64,000 bases of DNA from assembly GCF_004010195.1 (NCBI RefSeq), contig NC_057719.1:6358561-6422560 (forward strand), read 5' to 3'. A program made the position numbers and the translations under genes. This stretch comes from Chiloscyllium plagiosum (taxonomy: Eukaryota). Shown one piece after another: positions 1 to 13,834 of this stretch; positions within the stretch are counted from its first letter, which is position 1; each line of letters begins with the position of its first letter. The notes under the pieces were generated by a model. It did not search any database. It saw only the letters and a list, made by a program, of their open reading frames with translations, and was not told where the DNA came from.

Positions 1-652
1 GGATTGGACATTCTGGAGGCAGGAAACATGTTTCCGCTGATGGGTGAGTGCCAAACCAGAGGACAAAGCTTAAAAATACGGGGTAGGCCATTTAGGACAG
101 AGATGAGGAGAAACTTCTTCACCCAGAGAGTGGTGGCTGTGTGGAATGCTCTGCCCCAGAGGGCAGTGGAGGCCCAGTCTCTGGATTAATTTAAGAAAGA
201 GTTGGATAGAGCTCTCAAAGATAGTGGAATCAAGAGTTATGGAGATAAGGCAGGAACAGGATACTGATTAAGGATGATCAGCCATGATCATATTGAATGG
301 TGGTGCAGGCTCGAAGGGCAAAATGGCCTACTCCTGCACCTATTGTCTATTGTCGGGGAGTCGAGAACTGGAGGGCATAGGTTTAGGGTGAGAGGGGAAA
401 GATATAAAAGAGACCCAAGGGGCAACTGTTTCACACACAGGGTGGTAAGTGTATGGAATGGGCTGCTAGAGGATGTGGTGGAGACTGGTACAATTGCAAC
501 ATTTAAGAGGCATTTGGATGGGTATATGAATAGGAAGGGTTTGGATGGATATGGGCAGGGTGCTGGAAGATGGGACTAGATTGGGTTGGGATATTTGGTC
601 GGCATGGACAGGTTGGACCGAAGGGTCTGTTTCCATGCTGTACATCTCTATG
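1..652 (+). mobile_element. Two abutting 3' fragments of CR1-clade LINEs (HER1-like), 1-350 and about 352-652
   Basis: ORF2 C-terminal motif RNFFTQRVVxxWNxLP in both; tails (ctattgt)n and ggaccgaagggtctgtttccatgctgtacatctctatga. Confidence 0.85.
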
Positions 653-976
653 AGCCACTCCAAAAACCCCAACTCTTAATAGATCAACAAAAATGACTGG
701 CAGAGAAATTTCTATTGACAATTAGCAGCTAAACTATTTACATTCAGAGGAGAAACTTGGATGTCTAGAACTCATCACATTGTTTGCAAACATTGCCAAG
801 TGCTGAGGGGCAGTGACTTGCTGGGTGGGGAACTGCAGCAGCCATTTTACATACAGCAAGATCCCACAGACAGGAATAAGCTGCCTCTGCAGTCAGTCAT
901 TCTCTTCCCGGTGAGATGGGCGATGATGGAATATTGTCCAGGAGAATTCAGACCTCTCCCAACATTCTCTGAATAA

Positions 977-1558
977 GACCCCTCGGAATCCTAGTAGCAC
1001 ACAAACCCACCAACACACTCAAACAAAAACTAACAAACTTAAAAGACCCAGTACAACCCATGGACAAAACCAACGTCGTCTACAAAATTCCATGCAAGGA
1101 CTGCCACAAACACTACGTAGGACAAACAGGAAGAAAGTTAGCCACCAGGATACACTAACACCAGCTAGCCACAAAAAGACACGACCCTCTCTCCCTCGTA
1201 GCCCTACACACGGATGAAAAAAACCACCATTTCAACTGGGACAACACAGCTATCCTGGAACAGGCTAAGCAAAGACATGCAGAGAATTCCTAGAGGCCTG
1301 GCACTCCAACCATAAAGCCATAAACAAACACACAGATCTAGATGCCATCTATCAACCCCTCAGAAAACGAACAGGAATTGACATCACCACAAACCCCAGG
1401 AACCCCATCCAGGAGAAAGATATAAATAGAAAGCAGGAGACAACAGCTTCGCTTCACTTGGAGGTCGCCACTGATGATGTTACTTAGCCAGGTAATGAAA
1501 CATCTGGATATCAAACCTACACCCCACACCTCAACCTGAGCTACAAACCTTGCAAAAG
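977..1558 (+). mobile_element. 5'-truncated Penelope-like element (GIY-YIG endonuclease remnant plus terminal repeat) with 12-bp TSD
   Basis: Translates to NVVYKIPCKDCHKHYVGQTGRKLATRIH; TSD ttctctgaataa at 965-976 and 1559-1570. Confidence 0.88.
1468..1507 (+). ncRNA. Minimal hammerhead ribozyme motif in PLE terminus (partly decayed)
   Basis: cca-CTGATGA-t-gttac-ttagccag-gtaat-GAAA-catc-tgg; helix I cca/tgg. Confidence 0.7.
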
Positions 1559-2894
1559 TTCTCTGAATAATGCGGTGGGTTTTTAAACATTCTGGAAAGA
1601 AAATAACACTTGGCTTTTAACAACTGCCCTGACACAGCACCTCCAACAGGCAGTGCTCCGTAAAAACAGCCTGGATGCAGCTGCTCACGTCTTGGGGTTT
1701 AATCTTTAGTTTTAAGAAACAAAAATACCGTCAACGGAGTCAAATTGACACAGAGAATGGAAAGCAGCCCCGAGTACCCACTCACCATTGCAATGCAGCG
1801 GCCCCTGCTGGTTAAAATGTGCTTTCACAACAGGATTTGAGACCGACTGTAAACATTTATTAATGCTCACAAGCTAGGCTCCCACCTTGGATAAATACCA
1901 GATCCTTTTGGGGTGGTATGGGGGTGAGGTGGGGAGGGAGGAGTAATTTTACCGATTAGTAATCCCAAAACCCAGGCTGACGTTCTGGGACAGGCTGCTG
2001 GTGGAACCTCAGCTCAAACGTAGACCAGAAAGCTCGTTTAGTAATGGTGACCACACAGCTGTCATCAACTGTCCAAAACAACCACGTTTGGGAAGGAAAT
2101 CTGCCATTCTTACTCATGTAGGACGGACCTATATTTAACTCCAGACCCACAGCAACATGGTTGACTCTGAACTGCTCCTTCAAATTGTATACAAAGCCCC
2201 ACTCAGCTCAAGGCCGGTTAGGGTTCAGCAATAAATGCTGGCAAAGTCCACATTGCAGAAACCATAAAAGAATATGTTCAGTAACACGGGTGACTGCGTA
2301 AGAACATAAAAGGTCAGGAGTGGGCAGCTTGGGCCTTGCGTCTGTCGCATTATTTAACAGAATAATGGTCAAACTCAATCCTTACACGCGATTCCCAGAT
2401 CTCTGGAATCCTTCAGTATCTGTAAATATACTCAATCAACCGAGCATCCACAGCTCTCTGGGGAACAGAATGCCAAAGATTCACATTCCTGTGACATAAT
2501 GTGGGAGCAAAACATACTATTTTCTCAATGGGCAAAACCTAATCCTGAAACAGTGACCAACTAAATACAGGCAGAGGTGACGGGGGGGTGGTCGCGTGCA
2601 CACGTATAGGTGTGTATGTGCGGTGGGGGGGAAGAACTGTATGGGTGCTTGCGGGCAGGGGTGTGCACGCACATGTGTTCTGGAGGGTTTATAGCAGTGA
2701 TTGTGGTTTTAGAGGCTAAAACAGCCTCTTGGCATCTACTTTAAGTTCTTTAGAAAATCTTCAATAAAAATCACTTCTCATTCTGCTAAACCCCAGAGTC
2801 TATTTGATTTAATCCTTCTCTATTGGACGACCCCTCACCCAGCATAAAAAGGTGAAAAGAAACAGAGGGTAAAGAGAAAAATACCCCAATTCAC

Positions 2895-3049
2895 CTTAAT
2901 GTCTGCCCCAGACAGATCGTCTTTAGCCAGTATCAGTTCATCCAGGCTCACGTCTTGTGCTACTGTCATCCTGCTTGTGTGGATCTGGAAGATACGTCTC
3001 TTGGTCTTTTCATCCGGAAGAGGAAATTCAATTTTACGATCAATCCTCC
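2895..3049 (-). CDS. PSMC1: PSMC1 coding exon 10 ([51 protein letters not shown]), 155 nt; the final exon lies beyond the left window edge
   Basis: ORF 2835..3191(-); ttccag| acceptor and |gtgaat donor. Confidence 0.96.
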
Positions 3050-4024
3050 CTGGAATAATAGAAAATGTAAGAAAAAGATGTGCTTTTGTGCAGCATGTTA
3101 TCCCAGTGGCAAATGTCTCAGAGTGCTCTACCGCAATTGGGAAATTTAAATTCACTTCATTAAATAAATCTGGAATTAAAAAGTCATGCAATGGGGACCA
3201 TGGAGCAAGTAGTCAGCAAAGCATCCCCACTCCTCGAGGGAAGGAAACTGGCCGTCCTTACTCATTCTGCCCTGAGACAGGCCCAGAGCAACACGGTGGA
3301 CTCTTAACTTGCCAAAACCAGCAACTACATCGACCAATGATAATGCTTTGTGTAAATACCATCACCACCAAGAACTACAGTGGGTCATCAACAGCTTCCA
3401 AAGACAAGGCAATAAATACTGACTTATGACACCCACATGCTGAGTCTTTTTTAAAATCAATCGATGTTCAATGATAGGATTTCCCAACAACCTGTCTGAA
3501 TGATGTTAGTAAGACCCCTGGTTTCCATGTGAACTATAAGCTGACAGCAGACTGGTTCGACATCTGACTGAAAGACAGCTCCTCTGACAATGAAGCAGCC
3601 CCACGGTAATGCAAGCAGTGTTTTAAAACCCCAGTACAGGATTCAAAGTTTACTGTATTCATGACTTATGCGTCACTTCACTAGCAGTTAAACATCGGGA
3701 TAATGTGCCCATGTGTAATAGTGAAGTTCCCTGGGTATAACAGGCAATCACCAGGACTGACTCTCTCTGCTACAAGTCTGTTTCAATGTGCACAGATTAA
3801 TTAGCCAGCTGTTTGCAGACAGGATCAAAAAACATCAGAAATGAATTAAACACCCATGAGGTACTGAAAGAAATAAAGAGCGTGTTCCAAGGATTAACCT
3901 GTGTCCTCCATATCTGATTTCGTAGATATTCCGTTGTTATTTGAATGAGTTTAACAATTAATCCAAATCTAGTTGTACCTGCACCATCTTACTGATTAAA
4001 TAGCAACTTTGAGAGACTAAAAGG

Positions 4025-4120
4025 CACAGAATGCTGGAGAAACTCAGCAGGTATGGCAGCATCTACAGAGAGAGAAACAAGAGTTAACATTGAGCCCAGT
4101 GTGACTCTTCGTCAGAACGA
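4025..4120 (-). repeat. Short hammerhead-family C repeat (degenerate) directly beside PSMC1 exon 9
   Basis: Reverse complement gtt-CTGACGA-a-gagtc...ggctc-aatgttaac-tcttgtttctctctctgtagatgctgcc; GAAA core damaged. Confidence 0.6.
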
Positions 4121-4144
4121 GGGTCTGACCAGCCATGAGCTCAC

Positions 4145-4296
4145 CTGGCCTGATGAGAGCTGGGTCTAGTGTTTCTATCCTGTTTGTGGCCATGATAACT
4201 TTCACATCTCCCCGGGAGTCAAACCCATCCAACTGGTTCAGAAGCTCCAGCATTGTCCGCTGGATTTCCCGCTCCCCGCCGGAATTGGAGTCGTAC
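4145..4296 (-). CDS. PSMC1: PSMC1 coding exon 9 ([54 protein letters not shown]), 152 nt
   Basis: ORF 4044..4637(-); ctcag| acceptor and |gtgagc donor. Confidence 0.97.
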
Positions 4297-4764
4297 CTGA
4301 GAGTGAAACATGATTCAATGATCAGAACATCGATATCCCAGCAGCAAACACAGCACCGACAGTAAAAACAGAGGATTCTCACCAAGGACCTGAAGGCTGC
4401 AGAGCCCAGTGTAGGAAACCACCCGAGATCAGGGCCAGCTCCAGTAGAATTGTTGCACAGAGAAGGTCCTGGCTTTAAGACTTCAGGACTGACTAATACA
4501 GCAAAGCACCAAGAATATGACACGATTCGTACAGAGCGGGAGGGACAGGAAACTTTGACCTTAAGATTGTCATTGTATAACGTGACTGCATGGGTGGTAG
4601 AAGTCGGGTGAGGAACCCAGATGAACTCTTCCTTCATTCAGCAATCTTTATTATTAGGAAGCACGTAACAACTGATCAATCATTTCTCTCCCTATCTGGC
4701 AGCTAAAGCCAGTTTCCCAATGAATCATGAGCCTCCTGCTGATAATTCCTGGGTGAATAACTAG

Positions 4765-4960
4765 CCTCCAGTGGTTTGATAATAGCATTCTTCCCTCAGT
4801 CAGAAGCCCACGGCTTCAAGGCCCACTTCAGACTCAAGAATAAGCTGCAGTTGAGTGGCACATCCGTCAGAAGAGGTATTAAACTGAAGCACATTCTTGA
4901 GTGGACATGAAATCCCTGCCAGGCACGAAGCAGCAAGTTCTGCCAGGTGTCCCCCTCGAT
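4765..4960 (+). mobile_element. Old tRNA-derived SINE (Deu-domain/SacSINE1-like), apparently interrupted by the CR1 at 4964 and resuming near 6355-6420
   Basis: gtcagaag...ttcaaggcccact...gaggtattaaactgaagc resembles the DeuSINE consensus as recalled; strongly diverged. Confidence 0.4.
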
Positions 4961-4963
4961 TTA

Positions 4964-6352
4964 TTCACATGGCTTTGTGTGAGGGAAATCATGTCTCACT
5001 AAGTTGATTGGGTTTTTTTGAAGAAGTAATGAAGAGGATTGTTGAGGGCAGAGTGATGGACGTGAACGATATAGACTTCGAAAAGGTTCCTCATGGGAGA
5101 CTGGTAAGGTTAGAGCACACGGAATACAGGGAGAACTAGCCATTTTAGATACAGAACTGGCTCAAAGGTAGAAGACAGAGAGTGATGGTGGAGGGTTGTT
5201 TTTCAGACTGGAGGCCTGTGACCAGTGGAGTGCCACAAGGATCAGTGATGGGTCCACTGCGTTTTGTCATTTATATAAATGATTTGGATGTTAACAAAGG
5301 AAGTATAGCTACTAAGTTTGCAGATGACCCCAAAATTGGAGGTGTAGTGGACAATGAAGGAGGTTACCTCAGATTACAACAGGATCTTGACCAGATGGGC
5401 CAATGGGCTGAGAAGTGGCAAATGGAGTTTAATTTACATAAATGTGAGATGCTGCATTTTGGAAAGGCAAATCAGGGTAGGAATTATACACTTAATGGTA
5501 AGGTCCTAGGGAGTGTTGCTGAACAAAGAGACTTTGGAGGGCAGGTTCATAGCTCCTTGAATGTGGAGTCGCAGGTAGATAGGATAGTGAAGGCGGCGTT
5601 TGGTATGCTTTCCTTTATTGGTCAGAGTACTGAGTACAGGAGTTAGGAGATCATGTTGCAGCTGTACAGGACATTGGTTAGGCCACTATTGGAATATTGC
5701 GTGCAATTCTGGTCTCCCTCCTATTGGAAGGATGTTGTGTAACTTGAAAGGGTTCAGAAAAGATTTACAAGGATGTTGCCAGGGTTGGTGGATGAGAGCT
5801 ATAGGGAAAGGATGAACAGGCTGGTGCTGTTTTCCCTGGAGCGTCAGAGGCTGAGGGGTGGATGTTTCTAAAATCATGAGGGGCATGGATAGGATAAATA
5901 AAGGTCTTTTTCCCAGGGTGAGAAGGGAAAGATTTAAAAGGGACCTAAGGGGCGACTTTTTGACACAGAGGATGGTGCGTGTATGGAATGAGCTGCCAGA
6001 GGACGTGGTGGAGGCTGGTACAATTACAATATTGGGTGGATGTTTCTAAAATCATGAGGGGCATGGATAGGATAAATAAAGGTCTTTTTCCCAGGGTGAG
6101 AAGGGAAAGATTTAAAAGGGACCTAAGGGGCGACATTTTGACACAGAGGATGGTGCGTGTATGGAATGAGCTGCCAGAGGATGTGGTGGAGGCTGGTACA
6201 ATTACAATATTAAAAGGCATCTGGATGGGTATATGAATAGGAATGGTTTAGAGGGATACGGGTCAGGTGCTGGACGAGATTAATTTAAGATATCTGGTCG
6301 GCATGGATGAGTTGGACCGAAGGGTCTGTTTCCGTGCTGTACATCTCTATAA
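4964..6352 (+). mobile_element. CR1 LINE, 3' 1.4 kb (decayed RT) with internal 178-bp tandem duplication
   Basis: SGVPQGSVMGP...KFADD RT motifs in ORF 5182..5646; duplicated unit 5856-6033/6034-6211. Confidence 0.92.
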
Positions 6353-6539
6353 CTAACATCAGTGAATCACCTGGTTATTATCACATTCCGTTTTGTGGGA
6401 TCTTCCTGGTTGCCTGATGCCTGCAGGATTTTCTAGAAGTTACAAAGACCCATGACTTGCACAAATAAACTATGCTGAACCCAAGAAACCCATATACCAA
6501 ACTGAGACTGTGCTCAAAGAGCCTTCTCAAAGCAGCCTA

Positions 6540-6758
<219 letters not shown>

Positions 6759-7461
6759 TCAACCAGGTGGACCTTTTATGGAGGTCGCTGCAGTTGCTCA
6801 GCAGTAGCTGGCTTGAATCTGCAAGATTCGACGGAGATTAAATATCAGAAACATTTAACATGCTGAATGCATCCACTTAACCCCCGAGAATTGGGACCGG
6901 ATTGCTCTGCAGAGAGCCTGCATGGACATGATGGACCAAATGGCCATCTCCTGAACCATGACCACTCTTCCAGTTCTATAACATGAGGTGCAAGTGATGC
7001 CAAGACTGATACTGAGAGGCAGATGCACCCATCCACTCGGGGAACCTCTTTTATAAGAGAACTTTGGTTGGTTCAAAGGAAGGAGACATTGATATTTAGA
7101 CACAACATATTCTGAAAGTGTCATACAAAGTGGAACAGCACTGCTCTGGTGCCTGGAGCACTAACTGGATAGAAGCTGAACAGCTGAAATAAATGCAACT
7201 CGGCCACTACGCCGTATAGATTTATACAGAGGATAAACTGAAGGTAGAAACCCAGTGTGAAATGCACAATCCCAGCATTATCCACAGAGCATACTGGGGG
7301 TGAGTGTGCACTGTAAATTCTCAACTCAGATAGCAACAAAAGCACAAATTACATCTTTATGTTAGCAACAACATTTTACCTTGATAGCACGGAATGGAAA
7401 GAAAGGATACTTTTAAAAATTAAGAATAAATTAACACTGACAATAAAAAGGTAAAGTCTAC

Positions 7462-7558
7462 CTGTGCCAGGAGCTCCGTACAGAATAACTCCTTTCGGAG
7501 GCTTAATTCCCATCTCTTCATAATATTCAGGATGGGTGAGTGGCAGTTCTACAGATTC
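7462..7558 (-). CDS. PSMC1: PSMC1 coding exon 7 ([32 protein letters not shown], first half of Walker A), 97 nt
   Basis: Manual translation; ttgtag| acceptor and |gtagac donor. Confidence 0.96.
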
Positions 7559-8384
7559 CTACAAAAGTTATAGCACAGTTTTATTGTTAAGCATGAATCA
7601 CTGTGTGTCTCTCTCACACACACACAGCTACATTTATATGACAATCTTGCGAATACACCCACCTCATCAACAAATCTTCACTCCCAGTTGTCACATCTAT
7701 GTCAACTTATACTTCACGAGAAATTCCTAAAGGTGCAATTTGCAATAGAACCTTCCTATGTAAACATTGCAATCATACCTCATTGCCCCGACAGCTCTGC
7801 AACACCTTATTTTCCAGCTCTTCAACCTACAACAAGTAATTAATTTGCTCCAACCAAACTCACCTCCCAACTTGCCAGTATTACTCAAGACTGACTAATA
7901 ATACAAATGCAGTAGTGCTGTCTAAAACTAGGGACAGAATTGATGATTTAAAAAAATTACAGGGAATGGAATTAGGAAATATCATCTGCACTTCACGGAA
8001 AATTACACTAGGGCTTATTTCCCAAGTGTAACACCCAACCAGGGAGATCAACCAGCAGGATATCCATCACTCTGTTACTAAAGCGTCACATTTACTTGTT
8101 ATCACAGGTTCCTCATCATCCAAATATAATAAAGAACTGCGGATTGTGTGGGGTGAAGGGTCACAGAAACTCAAACGTGTTAACTCTGTTTTCTATCCAC
8201 AGTTGCTGCCAGAACTGTTGAGTTACTCCAGCAATTTCTGTTTTTGTTTATTGTCCATCATTTAATCTGGTAATAAGCTGGGCTAATAACCACCCGACTG
8301 TTCTCAAAGCATTGCTTTCAACCCACTATAGGCACTGCCACTGACAGATGCCTTCACCCCTAATCCTGACCTTTATTGAAATCT

Positions 8385-8466
8385 AAAAATCACACAACAC
8401 CAGGTTGTAGTCCAACAGATTTGACTGGAAGCACTAGCTTTCTGAGCGCTGCTCCTTCATCAGGTG
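8385..8466 (-). repeat. Short hammerhead-family B repeat, sense to PSMC1
   Basis: Reverse complement cac-CTGATGA-a-ggagc-agc-gctca-GAAA-gcta-gtg-cttcc...acctggtgttgtgtgattttt. Confidence 0.75.
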
Positions 8467-8580
8467 GTTGTCATGAAATCATGAGACTTCCAAGAATTCT
8501 CTTCATTGCAGGAAGTACTGATCATCCAACCACATTAAAATGAAAGTGCGAGCTGCAGGGATCATTGAACTCGGAATTTA

Positions 8581-8742
<162 letters not shown>

Positions 8743-9869
8743 CTAAGGAACAGGATTGAAAGAACTGTCATTGTTCTCCTTGCACATTACCTTACACACT
8801 TCAGGAATACCAGGGGTTTGATTTACTTATTCATGGAACGTGGGCATCGCTGGCTGAGCATGGCCAGAGCAGACGGAAGCATTAAAATCCCAACTAAAAG
8901 GATCAACAGGCGAACCTAATGATGGAGGGAAATCATTTAGTACCCAGTCACAACAACAACATGAATGACCATCATTAATTGTGCAGAACCAGATCAGACA
9001 AGAACCTGATCAATTTTCAACCCTTATGGTTGCTGCCTGTATTGGAAATTTCCCTCACTGTTCTCCTAACATTCAAACTGTTTTCCCTACATCCTTTCAC
9101 AGGCTGCAGCTAGCACTGAAGAAATGGTATTTGATGTTTAGTTCAAGCTGCCCCAGGGGCATTCAGTGGTAAGCCTGCAGCGTACGCTCAGAGTCACGTT
9201 TAGACCAAACCAGTTGTTTGTACTTCCGTGGAACTGCTCACTCTTGTTCCTCCCAGCTCGGTGTCACCATCCACTTGCCATCTGTCCCATTCTTTCCTCC
9301 TTGGATTCAGACCAGCCCTGAGATGTGGTCTTAGTTTGTCAATTAAACAAAAAAAAACCAACAGGAAATGGGAGCATATCAGGGTTGCATATGGACGTGT
9401 CAGCAAGAAGTCCAGATTAATGTTGTGGGGAGCACAGGTTTAACTACCACCACGATAGCCAGCGGAATTTAAATTCAATTATTAGAAGCTCGCCTGAGTG
9501 ACAAGTGAGCCTGAAATCATTCTTGATTATTGTTATGGCCCATCAGGTTCATGAATGTCCTCGAGGGAAGGAACCCAGCTAGCTCTCTCTCATCTGGCCT
9601 ACAGCTGACTTGAGAATTTAGTTCAGACCCCCAGCATTGGCTTCGCTTCCCACAATAGCAGTTGGTGAGAAGCAAATTCAGTAAAAATCTGAAATTAAAA
9701 ATCTAGTTACTAAAAGTTAATCCGTGTAATAAAACCATTAAACCACCAGCTGGCGTAAAAACCTATCTCGCTCACCGGTGGCCTTTAGGGAAGGAAATCT
9801 GCTGTCCTCACCTGCTTTGGCCTATGTGGGACTCCAGACCCACAGCAATGCAGCTGATTGACCTCTTGG

Positions 9870-10152
9870 AATCACAGAATCCCTACAGTGTGGAAGCAGG
9901 CCATTCAGCCCAGTGAGCCTACACCAACCCTCCAGACACATCCTATCCCTCTAACCCTGCATTTCCCATGGCCAATTCACCTAACCTGCACATCTTTGGA
10001 CTGTGGGAGGAAACCGGAGCACCCGGAGGAAACCCACACAGATACGGAGAGAATGTGCAAACTCCACACAGACAGTCGCCTGCGGCTGGAATCGAGCCAG
10101 GGTCCCTGGCACTGTGAGGCAGCAGCACCAACCACTGAGCCATTGTGGTGCC
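9870..10152 (-). mobile_element. HE1-like V-SINE (tRNA head, V core, CR1-like tail)
   Basis: Reverse complement tggctcagtggttggtgctgctgcctcacagtgccagggac...tgtgtggagtttgcacattctc...ttccacactgtagggattct. Confidence 0.88.
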
Positions 10153-10264
10153 CTATATGGCTGAGCAAGCAATTCAGCTCAAGGGCAATTAGCAATGGGC
10201 AACAAACACTGGCCACATCCCACAAAGGAATAAAGAAAACAAATTCTGAACAATAATAGGATCA

Positions 10265-10702
<438 letters not shown>

Positions 10703-10949
10703 TCAGAGGGAGGTAATGATCAAAAAGGATCGATGGGAGAATGCAGTCACCTACAGGACACACCAGGTAAGGAGGGGAGTTAGCCAGTGCCGAAAGATAG
10801 TCAGGTTCTGTGAGGATTTTGCAACAAACCCACAGCTTCATGTCCATTTTTACCGATAACAACTTTTTAAACTGGGTTATCAAGCTCGAAGGGCTAATAC
10901 TGCAGACTGCAGGAGGTGCTAGGAACCTGCACAACATATAGCAGACCCA

Positions 10950-11055
10950 CTGAGCTCGAAAGGAGGGTCACTGGACCCGAAACCTCAGCTCTGCTTTCTC
11001 TCCACAGATGCTGCCAGAGCTGTTGAGTTTCTCCAGCAATTTCTGCTTTTGTGAC
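10950..11055 (+). repeat. Short hammerhead-family C repeat (degenerate core)
   Basis: gggtc-actg-gaccc-GAAA-cctcagctctgctttctctccacagatgctgccaga. Confidence 0.6.
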
Positions 11056-11440
11056 ACTGACGCATTGCAGAAAGCAGGAGCGCCCACCTGAATCAGTGGG
11101 GAGATTGGAGCACGTTCAATGCAGGAAACTCCCTGGTCCAGTAAGGTGTACTACTCTGAGGCTAGGATGACAGCATGTTGCTGTCTAAGGCAGCTTCACT
11201 GTGGAACCGGCTAAGGTACAGCTGACCCTGAAATGCAGTGGGGCAGCGATATGAAAGACCAGCTGTTTGAAGAGACGACATTTGAAGAATGGAAATCCTG
11301 ATCGGCAAAGTTAATACCCTCATGTTACATCCTCATTTTTAAATAAACCGGTTAATTCCTGCCCATGTAGGTGGCTGTTTGGGATGTTTAGGGATGTGCA
11401 AAATGACATGACAGATGCTTCCGATCGGGGACAAAAAAAC

Positions 11441-11532
11441 ATTCTGAAGAAGGGTCACTGGTCCTGAAATGTTAACTCTGATTTCTCTCCACTGATGCTG
11501 CCAGAGATTTTCCAGCAATCTCTGTTTTTGCT
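11441..11532 (+). repeat. Short hammerhead-family C repeat
   Basis: tt-CTGAAGA-a-gggtc-actg-gtcct-GAAA-tgtt-aa followed by the family C tail. Confidence 0.7.
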
Positions 11533-11674
11533 TCCTATTGGAACTTGAGTGCTCAAATCAAGATACGCTTAGGCAATCAGTTCTCCAGGTGGCAGGGACT
11601 CTATATTGCAGAGGGAATGGGAGGTTCACTAGACTGATATGCTGCCTATTGCCCCCCACCTTTCCAGTACAAAC

Positions 11675-11799
11675 CTCTTGTTTCTCTTCCAGCGGTTTCA
11701 TTTGTTCCTGATTTCTGATGAATTCTTCTTCCATTAAGAGATAATCTTTTATCCTTTCCAGCTTCAGCAACTTCAGTCTGCACTGCGTGTGAGGTGTCA
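11675..11799 (-). CDS. PSMC1: PSMC1 coding exon 4 ([42 protein letters not shown]), 125 nt
   Basis: Inside ORF 11558..11830(-); cccacag| acceptor and |gtttgt donor. Confidence 0.96.
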
Positions 11800-12101
11800 C
11801 TGTGGGAATTAAATGAAAGAGAGGAGTCACTCTCAGGGACGATTTTCTTCTGTTCTCAGCGCTTAGCTGAGGCCTTTCTATGGTCTGTTCAATAGGAAAC
11901 CAATCACTCTACACACAATATGATCTGGAACCCTCTCTCTCTCTTCAATAGCAACAGTCAGGAATTGCTGAGGGTGACTGAAGGCTCCAAGAGATACAGT
12001 GCGAGAGCTCAAAACAGCTAATGCAATGTAGAAAGTTAAACCATGTCAGGAAACAAAAGGAACTCAAAAGGAAACGAATGAAACTAAAGAACTCTAAATC
12101 A

Positions 12102-12360
12102 CAAAGTCAGAAGTCACACGACACTAGGTTATAGCCCAACAGGTTTATTGGAAATCACCAGCTTTGGCAGCATCTGTGGAGAGAAATTGGAGTTAACATT
12201 TCGGACCAGTCTTCAGAATATTTATTTTAGGAGTAACGAGTTCCGGACGAAGTAGCCGCGCTCTGAAAGCTTGTGATTTCAAATAAACCTGTTGGGCTAT
12301 AACCTGGTGTTGTGGGGCTTCCAACTTTGTCCAGCCCAGCCCAACACCAGCATCTCCATG
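12102..12360. repeat. Inverted family B element with a family C fragment in its centre; 9-bp TSD
   Basis: Arms ggttatagcccaacaggtttatt / aataaacctgttgggctataacc; TSD tctaaatca at 12093-12101 and 12361-12369. Confidence 0.7.
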
Positions 12361-12502
12361 TCTAAATCATAAAGCAACGTTTTAAAAAAAAATTCAGAAT
12401 AGTTTGATATCAAGGTTATGTGCTGACGATACCCAGTTGCTATTTGAATTCAAGTGAATTCGATTATTTTACGAGGCGGCAACAAAATTGAGACACATTT
12501 CA

Positions 12503-12622
<120 letters not shown>

Positions 12623-13059
12623 CTATTGAGACACCCCCAAAAACGTTACATATAGATATGGGTCAATTTTGAATCTTTTGAAACGGTGTATGTTAACTTA
12701 CTGGATTTCACATTCCTGTTTGTATTCGGCCTTTGACCAGCTGCTGATTACAGCACAGCAGGATGCCTTGCCACCAACCTTGCCTGCAGTAGCAATCTAA
12801 ATGTGCTATTCACTTGGTGTTATTCTCCTGGCCCCCAACCCGTTGTAACTGTGCACACTGCTCCTTCTCAAATAACGCACCAGCTCTCTTCTGAATGCCT
12901 CGACTGACCTGCCTCTAGCACACACTCGTGCAGCGTATTCCAGACCCTGGCCACTTGCTGCATGAAAATACAGCGACCAAGTGGCCGTTTAAGTAATGTA
13001 ACAATGGAAACTATCGTACCTGTCACCACATTGACAATGTCTGTCAAATCCATTTAAAA

Positions 13060-13405
13060 AAAAAAAAATCACTGACAGGATGTTGATGCTGCTGGCTGGG
13101 CCCAGCATGTATCACTCGGCCCAGTTGCCCCTTGAGAAGGTGGGGATGAGCTGCATCCTTGAACCGCTGCAGTCCATGTGCTGTAGATGGACTGACAAAG
13201 CCTTCAGGGAGGGAATTCCAGGAGTTTGACCCAGCGACAATGAAGGAATGGCGATATATTTCCAAGTCAGAACGGTGAGTGGCTTGGAGGGGAACTTACA
13301 GGTGTTCCCATGCAACGGCTGCCCTTGTCCTTTCAGCTGATGGGGTCACGGGTTTGGAAGGTGCTGTCGAAAGACCATTGGTGAATATCTGCAGTGCATC
13401 TGGTG
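13060..13405 (-). mobile_element. 3' end of a second abundant LINE family (tail ...cttctcaagggcaactgggc...cccagccagc...poly-A)
   Basis: Same tail recurs at 30700-30955, 33230-33840, 36810-37305, 54040-54480 and 63200-63410. Confidence 0.6.
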
Positions 13406-13834
13406 TGTACTCCTCATAAGGGATCACCAGCTCACAGGAGCAGAGAGAACAGTGCAGGAGAGTAACGGAATTTCACAAATTATATACTGAGGGGAACCAT
13501 GGGAAGTGTTATGCCACAGAACGTCATTCACCGCATGACGTCCACACCAGCTTCTCAACTGAGCATTGTCTTGTGCCAGTCTTGTCTTTGTTCCCCATAC
13601 ACAAGCCCATGTATCCAAATAATCATCCGTCGCCCTCTGAAATGCTTCCCCTGAACCTGCCTCCCTAACTAGCCGCTGCATGTTCAAACTTTTCCTCATG
13701 TTACCTTTGCTTCTTTTGCATGTCACTTTAACTCTGTGCTCTCTTATCCCAATCACGAGCCAGAACAGTTTCTCCCAATCTATTCTGTCCACCTGCTCAC
13801 CATTTTGTAAACCACTATCAGATTACTGCTTAGT

